From positions 31,046 through 95,045 of the IMG/VR virus record IMGVR_UViG_3300044716_000122: a DNA stretch of 64,000 nt. One strand, given 5' to 3'. This document shows, piece after piece, positions 1 through 12,000 of this stretch. Position 1 is the first letter of the stretch, and every line of letters begins with the position of its first letter. The stretch is from a virus. Its lineage: Duplodnaviria > Caudoviricetes. The position numbers and the translations under genes are program-made. The notes beneath the pieces were generated by a model that saw nothing but the letters and a program-made list of their open reading frames with translations, did no database searches and had not been told where the DNA came from.

Positions 1-3000
1 ATCTTTAAGAGTAAGTTCAGATTGTGAAATAGTAGTAAGATCTATTATATTCTTTCTAGACAAGTTGTAGTCTTTGTAATAGTTTAAAGTAACAGGAATA
101 TTTTTACTACCATATAACTCTGGATGATTTTCCTTAAAGCGAGCTGTAAAAGAATCCATAAACTCTGAAGTACCTTCTTCTAACTGTGCTTCGTAACTTG
201 AGATAAAGTTAGTAATTACAGAAGACATAGGGAAAGTATAGATAGACTCAGGAATCAAAGGCAAGTAAGAGTCAAACTTTTTATTAAGTTGTGTACCCAA
301 AATACCTGCATAAGCAAACGCTTTAAAGAATCCTTGCATATCTGCTATCAACTGCGCATCAGATAGATTAGTAGGATCTAAAGAAGGATGAGACCAGTTA
401 AAGCCTTTTTCAAACTCCTCTTTGTAGATATCTACAGAGAACTCTAGCTCAGTCTGTTTTAATCCTGTTCTTACAAATGTAGAGTTGATATCAGAGTTAA
501 TAGACACTAAGCCAAAGATATCGTTCTCAGCAGTGATTCCTCGTTGAATAAGTCTAGACTTAAGATTCGTATACAAAGAACCTATGTTTCCAGGATTCTT
601 CTTGTCCAAGAACTGTTCAAACATACCTGCTTGAGGTACGTTATTTAAGAACAAAGCATACAACAAGTCATTCTTAAACACTCTAGAGTAACGATCATAG
701 TCAAGTTTACGATTAGTTTCCTTAGCAACAGCAAACTGTCTTAAAATTCTATTTGTAATCTTAGGGTTAGCAGAGATAGGGAATACCTCAACAAACTTAT
801 CCAATACACCTTGTTGTACTTGGAAAGGAGACACTACAGTATTTCCTATTACATCTAGCAAACCTTGTCTGTTAAATATTGTACTCTTCTCTCCACCTTC
901 TTTTAAGTAAGGAATAAGTTCTAAAGAAGCAGAACGGAAAGACTCAAAGTTCTGTGGTGAGAATGTATCGTAGTCTACAGCCAAAGAAATTGTAGCTAAG
1001 TCTCTTGTTTGATCTTCTAACTCCAAGAATACAGCCAAACGTCTTACATCAAACAAAGGCTCTTCTTTATTGAATAGTTCTTCACGAGCTGTCTCTTGAG
1101 TTGTCTTAGCATACATCTGTGAGTAAACGTTAGAGATAAACTTGTTACGACTAATTGCACCGTACTTATTCCTAGAGTTATTAATTAAAGTAGCCTCTAA
1201 GCTATTCTCAGGAACTCTTTCTAGTATAGTCTCAAGAATATCTTCAAGCGACTTACCCTTAGAGTAATCTAAAATAGAAGAACGGAACTTTTTACCATCA
1301 ATTACACTAGGCTTATTTATTAAGTTTACAATGTCATTAAATCTTGTACCAGCCATCAAAACATAATTTACTACAGGAGTAATCAAGTTGTTTAGACCAA
1401 TCGAAGCAATACCATCATTCTTTTCAATATCTACGTGTGCACTAATTGTCTCTCCAGACATCTTAGAGATACGTGTACCATCTACGTTGTTGACTCTACT
1501 GAAGTCAATATATCCGTCAGTAGTACGATTTGACTCTAACAAATATCTTCTAACTGATTTCTCGTCTTCTCTGTAGAAGGTAGTCTTCTGAAGCAAAGAA
1601 TGGAATACGTTATTCTTAGCGTCAGTACCCAAAGCAGTCTTATAAGTATTCAAAGAGAATACATATAACTGATAGATAGGACTAATCAAGTTAGTAAGAC
1701 TTGCAGTAGTAGAATCTGATTTAGTTCCGAACTCTTTAACTGCTTTGTCAATTGTTTCAATAGTGTTGGGAGTAATCAAAGCTTCAAAGATCTCTGGTTG
1801 ACTCAAACGATTAGAGATGTTCAAAAGCAAAGCGTTAGCATATCCGTTTCTAAGATTCTTAAGGTCTTGCAATAAAGATTTTTCTTCCTTTACTAAGTCA
1901 CCTACCCACTCATTCAAGTCTGCTAGGCTATTAGACAATTCTTTTTCAGAAGTAGTACGTAAAACGTTCTTAATTCTTCTTATCTTATCAATGGTTTCTG
2001 CAGATTTTTGCTGCTTTTCAGGAACAAGTTCTCCAGAGAATTTTTTACGAAGTGTTTCCAAGTCACCTTCTGTTACACCTGCATCCATCAACTCTCCTTC
2101 TGATACTCCTTTAAGAGACTTAAGTTCTTGGTAAAGATTACCTAAACGACTGCTAGCATCAAAACCGTTAGTAGTAAGGATATTTCCTAACTCATCTAGA
2201 AGTTCTTTTTTCTCTTCAGTGTACTGTCTCTTAAGCTCTCTAGTTTCTTTTAAGTCAGCAAGCAACTCTTTCTTTCTAACTATTAAGTCTTCTGGAGTAC
2301 TTACTCTGTCTATTAGCATGCTTCCATCATTATTTATAGATGGATCGTAACAGAATAGTTTATCAATATCGTAATCCGATCCAGACTTAATTACCATCTC
2401 ATCGGGAACTAAGATAATCTCTCCACTCTCTTCAGGTAGAAACTCAACTATTTCAAAGTTTTCCATAGTGTTATATCCTTGACCAGGAATACGGATAGCA
2501 ACCATAGACAACTGAGAAGCATAAGTATTTCTAAACTGAGCATCTTTGAGTGCTTCGTTAAGTCTTGTAAGAGCTGTGTAAGGATTTACAGGAATACCAT
2601 TTGCATCAAGTTCCCCAATAGGTTGATTGTCTATAGGAGATAAGAGATTTAACAAAGGATAGTATCCTTTAGAGAAAGATATAATAGCTTCTGCTTTAGA
2701 AATTTTACCGTCTACAATATCATAGTACTTAAGTTTTCTGCTGGGTCTAATTAAAGATACAGGATACTGTACTCGCTGTGCTCCAGGAATCTTTTGACGT
2801 ATGATTTGATTTTTAACACTAGCAACAATTGCACTCTCCATAATAGTACGATCAATCATACTATCTAGGGTATACATAAGAGTATTATCAGTCTTTAACT
2901 GTAGTAAGTCTTTTGTAGACTCAGCTGCATTCTTCTTAGAGATTTCTTTTATCAAGAATTCAACTAACTTCTCTTTATCTTGTAGTTGTTCTAAGAAGTT

Positions 3001-6000
3001 AAGTTTATCAAAGTTAGTCAAGTTTTCAATAATTGACTTATACTCTTGATATCCAGCCAATTCAGACTCTGTAGTAGCATCCTTATAAACAAGTTTACGG
3101 AACTGAGTACTAAAGATACTGTTAAAGTCTTCTTTATTCTCAATCAATACTTGTTCTTTAAGATACTTAAGATCTACTACTCCTGTAGGAACAGCTTGTG
3201 ACTTAACTTTACCTTTACCATCAAACAAACTTACTGGTGCTATTGTCTCAGAAATCTTAGTACCTGAACTAAATACTGCATAGTCTGCAGAAGAAGTATG
3301 TAACTTTTGTAGAATAGAAGCAAGTTCTGGATTATCTACCATTTCAGAAGGTAAGATAGGTTTCATAGAGTACTTGTGGAATACAGGTACTGACTCTCCG
3401 CTTTCTATTTTATTGTGTCCAGAGTACTGAAGTTTCTTAATAGTAAATTTATAAGTAGATTTCTTGTTAAGTAAAGCCTCTAGTTCTTCTCTGACAGTAT
3501 CTTCTGCATAATCAGGAGCAGTCTGTAACTCTAAGTATTTTTTATAGATGTCATCCTGTCTCTTAAACTCTTCCATCATTTCTGGAGTAACTCCAGTAGA
3601 GATAGAATAGAACTTACGGAAGAAATCTATAGTACAGAAAGCCGCAGCATCTTGCTTAGCAGAGCTTTTATCGTTTGTGTAAGCGTCTTTATTTTCTCCG
3701 TATGACTTACTCTTAGAAGCAGTAGTAGACTTAACAGCTTCATCCTTAAGAACTATATAAGATATTTGATCAATATTAGCTCTGTTTGGATTTACTTTAA
3801 TGTTATTTTGTTGAGCGTAGGTGTGAAGTGCATCTCTTCCAGAGTTAACACTTAAGCCAGACTGACCTGATTCTAAATACTCTAAGTTCTGTGGATCAAT
3901 AATAGCATAAGAACCAAATGCATTCCAAGCACTTAAACGCTTTTCAATATCTTTAACATTCTTGTAGTAATAAGGATGTCCAAAGAAAAGTTTATGTTGC
4001 TCTATTCTTCCAATAGCAGAGAAGAAGTGATACTTCATAAGTTCTGAGTCAGGAAGGTTATAAGTCTCCCCTAAGATAATCTTAGATTTGTTAGCCTGAG
4101 AATTAATGTACTGTCCAAATCTAGTGTAGATATCTTTGTTTCCATTAATAGATTCAAATATCTTGTCTAAAGACATATTAGATGCAGGACTCTTGAATGC
4201 ACTAAATAAAGCAGTCCTTTGTTCTGGAGTGAAAATCTTGTGGAAGTAAGTAAGCTTTGGACTTCCATCAGTATCGTAAGCGTCAATCTTAAACTTATTA
4301 GAACCCTTAGCAGTAACCTGAACCTCAGCTTCAATCAAAGGGACAATTCTTTTTATAAATAAATCATAAGGAACTTGATCAGCACCACTCAAGATAAATG
4401 GATCAGCTTGGTTATTAGCTGGCAATAATCCTAAGTAGTCTCTAAGCTTTCTATCAAATACTAAACCTCTTGTAGTTGACTTACCACTTAAGCGATTAAT
4501 CTCTTCAATTCCTGCTTTAGTTAATCCGATAATATCTGAGTAGTGTTTCTGTGATTCGTTAGAGTCAATAGTCTTTTCACCTTCAATATCTTTGATACCA
4601 AGTAGGTTACCTAACTCTACTTTACGAGGTACTTCAATACCTTGATATTTGTCTTTTCTTCTTTTACCTCCTTCGTTAAACAAGTAAGATAAAACAAAAG
4701 AAGACTTAGCGTTAGGATTGTTTTGTGGATTTAAGTGAGGTAACTCAGCATAAACTTCATCAAGTGTAGGATACAAATTACCATCATTCAAGACATTTAA
4801 AGTCTTACTCATAAATGTATGTTGATTGATAGACCAAATCTGTTTGTTAACAGCATTGTATCTCATGTCATTTACATACTGAGGATTAGCTTCTACTTCA
4901 TATTGAATAACAGAACTTACGTTACCACTTTCTCCTGCTACCTTAACATCTTCTTCATTTACGTGATCAGAAGAAAGATCACTCAATGGTTCCATAATGT
5001 AAGCCTGAGTCTGAGACAAAGACTTAAGTTTATTATAAATTAATTTAACTAATCTTTCCTGTACATCAGCATTCTCTTTGACAAATAACTCTTCTGCATT
5101 AGGACTCAAGTTAAAACCTAAAGGCTTCAACATTTCCAAAAGACTTAAGTTATATTCAGCAAAGTCCTCTTCATCTTTTGGAGCAGTAGGAACACCTGGG
5201 AAAGTAGCAAAGTATTTATCTGTATCTAAATAGAAAGTTCCTGTAGTGTTATTTCTTTTAGAGTAAGCACTAGGATTTAAAGAGAAGTCTGTATCAAACT
5301 TACTGCGAAGGTTAATAGCATCTAAAGACTGTGCTTGGAATATTTTTGTCTCTTTAATATTTCCCTCTTCGTCTCTTGTAATTTCTGTAGTATATCCTTC
5401 AATGTAAGGCATACTAAAAATTTTATAGAACTCATTCTTAAAGTTAAGCGAACTTCTCTTATCAATACTCTCAGTGGGAGAAGGGAGATAACTTATAAAT
5501 TGTTGGAACTGAGGGTACTCCTCTTTTAATTCTTGTAATCTAGAATAAAGATCTTCATAAGAATTACTGCCTGACAACCTACGTTGTAAGATGTTCCAGT
5601 TTATATTAAAGTCACTGAGTCTAGGTACACTGTATACAGGATGCAATACAATCTCTCCGTTTTCGTATCTAGGAAGCGTTTTAAGAGCATTAATTAAAGT
5701 CTGTGAAGCAATCTGCTTCTGAGACATTTCATTCACGCTAGCCTCAAAAGTAGCAAACTCTACATTAGCTTGTTCTATAGAAACAATCTGTTCAGAAACC
5801 AACTGCTTTCTAATGTTATCACTAAATAAAGTAGAGTTAGTTTTATGAAACTGTGTAACGTTATTAAAGTCTTCCAGGATCTTTCTTAAGTTCTCGATAG
5901 TAGGAAGAAGAGACTCATCATTGTTTTTATTATATTGTTCTACTAGAGAGTCATGATCGTCTAGTAAACTCTTAGCTAAGTAACTATAAGTTTTGTTTGC

Positions 6001-9000
6001 TGCTACAGGGCTAGAAAGTACGTTGATAAGCGTAGCATTTTGATTAGCAAACATGTTGTTAGCCAAGTAAACATAAATACTATCTAGGTCATCCAAGAAA
6101 GCCTTAGAGTCTTTGTAAGACAAAGAAGTTATGTTTCCTGCCTCATCCTCGTATACGTACTTACCAGAGAACAATTGAATAAAGTACTGGTTAGCTTCTT
6201 TACGTTTGAATTGAGTCAAGTTACCCCTATACAAGCGAGAGAAGTAATGATCAACTGTCTTCTTATCAGAGAGCAGGTTAGAGATAAAGTCCCAAATTTG
6301 TTTAAAGATAGATTTAGATTCTTTTGCTTCTGCAATAGATACTGGAAGAACTTTACCTTCACTTAAAGCATAAGCTCTAAAGTCTTCTGCAAGTTTTTCT
6401 TCTAGTTCTACAAAAGACAAATCTCCATAGATGCTTCTTGCTTCTGCATACAAAGCTGCCTTCTGCTCAGGAGTTAAATACAACTGAGAGAATTCATGCC
6501 ATGCTTCGTGGTAAGCTTCTGCATAGTTAGCTCCCTCAAACAAGAAGATACCTGCTTTAGACCATACAGCATAAGCTTCAGGATGACTGATAGTGTTATC
6601 AAAGATAAAAGGAGTGTTCTTGAAGATAGGATGATTAGCTACCCAGTTCTTAGCAGCTTCATTTTGTTTCTTGGTAATGTTATTTCTTAAGGTCTTGTTC
6701 CTATTAAATTTTACAGGACCTTCACCCGTATTAAGATTGTTTAACGTACTACGTAAACGATCAATCTTAGAAGTTGTAGGTGCAACAGGTTGTTCTAAAG
6801 CAGCTATTTCTAAATCGTATCTAAAATTAATCTCATCTCTTTTTTCTTGCCTAGTTTTCTGATCTTGCTCGTTTTTAGCAAGACGTTCTTTCTGTTCTCT
6901 TGTTGGGAATTCTTCAAGTATTAAGGGGTATAGAAGTTCTACATTCTCTTCTCGACTCAACTCCTCTTGTCTTCTTTTTTCTATACCCGCTTTAGCATCT
7001 ATAGGTTGTGTAGCAGCAGGTTGAACAGGAAGATTATCGTTAGTAGCATCAACTACATCAGATACATTAGGTTCAATAACTCTGTAGTCTGGACTAAATG
7101 ATAGAGTTCTGTTTTCTTCTCTAATAAAAGTAGCACCGAACTCAGGGCTCTTAACAAAGTCTGAGTATGTGTTGTAGTTTTTAGTAACTACTTCTCCAGA
7201 CTCTTTAACAACTAATGCTGTGTAAGGAGCATTCTGTTCTACTAATCTAGCACTAACTAGCTTATAGGAAGACTCTCCTAGTTTAAGCAAGTCTTCTTGT
7301 TGATTCTTAGAAGGTTTGATATATTTCTTCTTGTCCTTACCTTCTACTGGATATTCAACAACTATTTTATTTCCAGAAGTTGCAGTAAGATAAAGGTTAG
7401 CTTTCTTAAAGAAACGCATACCACTCTTAGCACCCCCCTCTTTAGTTTTTACAAAAGTAGAGTTAACCTGCTGACTCATGTAATCTAGGAAGATAGCAGC
7501 ATCTGTTCTGATAGACTCGCTTAGAGTCTGAGGTAAAGTACCATTGTTAAAAGCATTTATAAGAGTCTGTACAGTATTACCATTAGTAGGAATACTAACA
7601 CCTGTGTAAGGGTTACGTGCTCCTTCTTTTACGATGTGTACACTTCCAGGATTTAACACATAATTCTTTTGTGCTCCTGTAAGAGTTCTAGAGATAGGAT
7701 CTGTGTGCACGTAGATGTTTTCTCCTACAGCTTTTGCTAGAGGACGAGCATCTTGAGCACCCCAACCATATCCAGATACTACTCCGTTTATAGATGATAC
7801 TATAATCTTACCTTCTGTTGCTTGCTTGCGTACAGAAGCCATCTCTGGACTTACGTTTTTATTAGGAAGAACAGGAACAGAAATTAAAGAAGTCTTAGCC
7901 TTAGATGGCTTACCTAACTTAGTAAACCTAACTAACTCTCCGTCTGAATTAACAAATACACTAGAGATACCAGAACCAATCTTTGAAGGATTCTCTTTAA
8001 CATACTCCATGAAAGGTTGATTGTGAATAGGTACTCCGTTAACAGTTAAGAGAGAAACCAACTCAGTCTTTTCTTCTTCAGTCAAAGAAGACTTTTCCTT
8101 AAATGCTTTAAGTCTTTCTACCTTGGGAGCATCAAAGATAAATTCATAGATACCCATTACAGATTGTATACGAAGATCCAAATCTGTTACTTTGTTTGCA
8201 CGAGTATCTTCAGAGTAAACAGTAACTATATTATCTATTAAAAGAGCTGCAGGATCTTGAACAGTTTGATTCTCTTTATTAGTTGTGATTGTAGCTATGT
8301 GTAAGCCACGTTCTCCCTTAATAGTAAATTCTTTATCTTCTTTAGCTTTAGTTTCCTGAGCTGACTCGTAGTTGTCTGATTCGATTACACTATCCGTAAT
8401 TAACTCAGGCGCTTCTTCTATTACCTCATCTGTTGTAGGTACGTTTACTATATCTTCTGGAGTAGCTGTTTGAGATACTTGAGTTTGAGAAACTAACTTA
8501 GCAATTACGCCTTGTACAAATTCTTTTCTTTTACCTGTAACAAAAGTAAGTCCGCTTACATCAACAATACCTTCAGATGCTTTTGCAAATGTATCTTCAA
8601 TACTCTGAGCATCATCAGGATAAAGACCTAAGAGAGCACTTCTAACTTGATTTAAGTTTTCTAGATTGTCTAGATTTCTAAGAGCATTCTTAATTAATTC
8701 AGATACTTGTCCTTTAACTTCATCAATGTCTGCATCTGGATTAGATACTAGATCATTGAGGTCAGATAAAAGCAAAGCGTACTCATCAAATACATCTTGA
8801 TCTACATCTAGTACTTTTCCAGGAGTAGGTTTTTGAGTAGGTGTAGGTACTTCTTGGGGTTGAGGACTAAAGTTATTAACTATAGGAGCATTTAGTCTAG
8901 CTTCCATAGCAGCCTTATTCATTTCAAGGATTTTAGCTCTAGTATTATTAGCATCTAATCCTAAAACAGCTTTACCATAATCATTGTAAATGATTGTATT

Positions 9001-12000
9001 TAGTTGATTCTCTAAAGCAGTAAGTTCGTCAGGATTCTGTTCCTTAAGTATCTTATGCAATTCTAATTGTTGAGCTAAGTCGAATCTTTGACTACTAGTT
9101 AAGTGATCATGAACACCTTCTTCTAATTCTCCCGACTCTAATTCTTCAGGAGATAACTCAGCAATTGCAAGTAGTTTTTCTTGCAAAGCTTTAGTCTCTG
9201 GATTTTGTAAGTTACGAGTTGCTTCAAACTGAAACTCTCCTTCATTTAAAATCTGTCTTGTAGAAAGTTCGTCTAAGATATTTTGAATTAACTCAGGAGC
9301 ATTAGGTCCAGGTTCTGTAGGTTGTATTAAAGGAGAGTTTTCTAAAGTATACTGTGCATCAATTGCATTCATCCTATCAACTGCAGGATAAAAAGTATGT
9401 GCTGCAAGTTGTAACTCTAACCTTGTAAGGTTTTGTGGATTAGTATCAAGTGTTTGACTAAATCTTCCAAGTCTTTCTTGAATGCTAGCATCTATCTTGT
9501 CTTGGAATTTTTTATACTCCTCACTTACAAAAGTATATCTGTCATCGTTAACAGGAACACTTAAAAGAGATTGTCTTGTTTGTTCTGCTATTCCTATAAG
9601 AGTAGATAGATTAGTATCTGCATTTGTTGCAGCATTTGCTTGTGTTTCAAACAATTTACTAATGATAGATTTCTTTTCTGTTTCATCTAGTCCTACATAC
9701 TTGTCTGCAAGTTTAACAGTACTTAAGATAGAGTTACTAGTATTGGCTAATAGATCTTCATAACTCTTTACTTGTTCAGGAGATAATTCAGTAGTATCTA
9801 CGTTTAATAAATCTTCTTGAAACAAACGATTATTAAAGTGTGCAAACTGAAGTTCTTTGTCATCTAGTAGATTGGTTAGACTTTTAACATTGTTAAGTTC
9901 AGTCATACTATCTAATCTTCTAGCAATGTTATCAATGGCCGCAGTCTTCTTTAAACCTTCTTCTTTAGTTATCTGTTGATTAGATACTCTATTTGCAATT
10001 AGTTGTTTGTATTGTTCAGGATTGTTTGCAATGTTCCATCTAGCTTGACTTAAACGTTCCTGCCTCATTGCATTCCTAGAACTCAAGTTAGTTGCGCCTG
10101 ATATAAACAAAGACGGGATAAACCCTTCTATGAAAGTATCTAAGGTAGAACTTAAGTTAAACTTATTAGTCTCTTCTACTTCAAAGTTTTGTTGAGTAGA
10201 GTATTTATCTACAAGATAGTTACCAGCTAAAGCTGCAACTTCTTCAAATGCTTCTTGAGTAGCACCCGATACAAGTCTTCTAGTTGCAGTAGGAGCCATT
10301 AACAATGCTGCGTTAAACTTAGACAAAGAATTTTTTGGAACTAATCCTAATAGTATATCTCTACGTCTAGTAAGATTACTTAATGCAGTAGGATCTAGCT
10401 TACCTAGTTTTGCAAACACATCATCTAAAGCACCATAAGCAATTCCTCCATCAAATAATTTCACATCTGGAGTAATACTCTCTGTAAGTCCTTCTACAAT
10501 TGCTCTGAGACCTGCTACTCTAAAAGCAGTACTTCCATCTTTAAAGTTTGAACGTTCTTCTGCATAGAATCTAGGAAAGGTAGTTGCCGTAACAGTACCC
10601 ATAGTAGAAATTCTAGGAGCTACACTCTTTAAAAAAGTAGCTGTATTAGCTTCAGATAAGCCTGCGGCACCTGCTACTCTAGCCCAACCGAAACCTGCAG
10701 TTCTTGCTCCCATACCTATTCCCTTAGAAAGAAAAACAGTATTAAGCACATCCATAGAAATTGGAAGAATCTGTTCAGCAGGAGACCAAAAGTTCCAAGT
10801 CGTATTACCTTTTTTATCTGTCCAGCTTACTTGACTAAAAGTAACTTTGTTATCATGAATATCACGAGTTATCTCAGAGTCATCAATCTTGTTATTCTTA
10901 TTTAAATCTTTACCAACAAAAAATGTTGGAGGAGCAATATAATCAGCCTTAGATCTTAGTCTATAAGCTCCTGAAGGATCATCAAGTAATGAATGTATTC
11001 CCGATAACTGTTTAGCTACATTAGAACGGTAGTATCCTACGTTTCTACTAAGTGTTTCAGCCCAAGAACCTTGATCTCCTTCTGCAAGTCTTTCGTTTTT
11101 AAAAACTTCTTGTTTTTGTTTTGCTTTTTTACGACTATACTCTTCTGGATAAAAACTTTTTAAATAAGTATCTTCTACAGTCAAGGGTTTTAGTTTTTCA
11201 CTTAACTTCTTAACATAGGATAGTTCTTGATTTAAAGATGTTTTTTGTATTGCAAGTAGATTCTTTTGTTCTTGATTATAAGTATCTTTTATCTTATTAT
11301 CAATATCAGAAATTTGTTTTTCATAGTCATAGATCTTATTATCCGCAGCATTCTTAATAGCATAGTTATACTGCATCTCCATACCAGCATTTAAGTCTTG
11401 ATCTGTAGAAAAGTAAGAAGCTTTATAAGCAGCTAGATCCTCAGGATTATAAAGTCTAGACCCTACCCTATTAGATTCTAAATCAGCTAGTTGATTAATA
11501 ATATCTTCATTTTTTGTTTGCTTAGACTTTAAAGCAAAGCTTAATCTTTTATTTGTAGCATCAAAAGTACTTAAGAACTTTTCTCGATCTTGTAATGTAT
11601 TTTCTGAAAGGTAGGCATCAAAGTTTTTGCTAGCTCGTTTAGAACGATTAATTCCATTGACTTGTTCAACCATATCAGAATATGATTTTCTTAATGATTC
11701 TTTATCGACAAAACTAAGAGTTGAATTAGCAATTTTATTATACTTATCTCTTAACTCTCCCAAAGCTTTTTGACTTTCTTCAATTGTACCTTCAGTTAAG
11801 GTCTTTTTAAAGATAGAAGCGGCAGAGTTAATATTTTTCTTTGTTTCTGCATCCGCATCTACCATCTTAGCAGTAAGATCCCCAAAAGCCAAATCACCTG
11901 CTTGTTTCAAAAAGGACTGACCTTCAACAGATTGTTTTGCTTTATCTAGAGATAAGTCACTTGTTAAAATACTACTAACACCTGACTCAATCTGTTTATC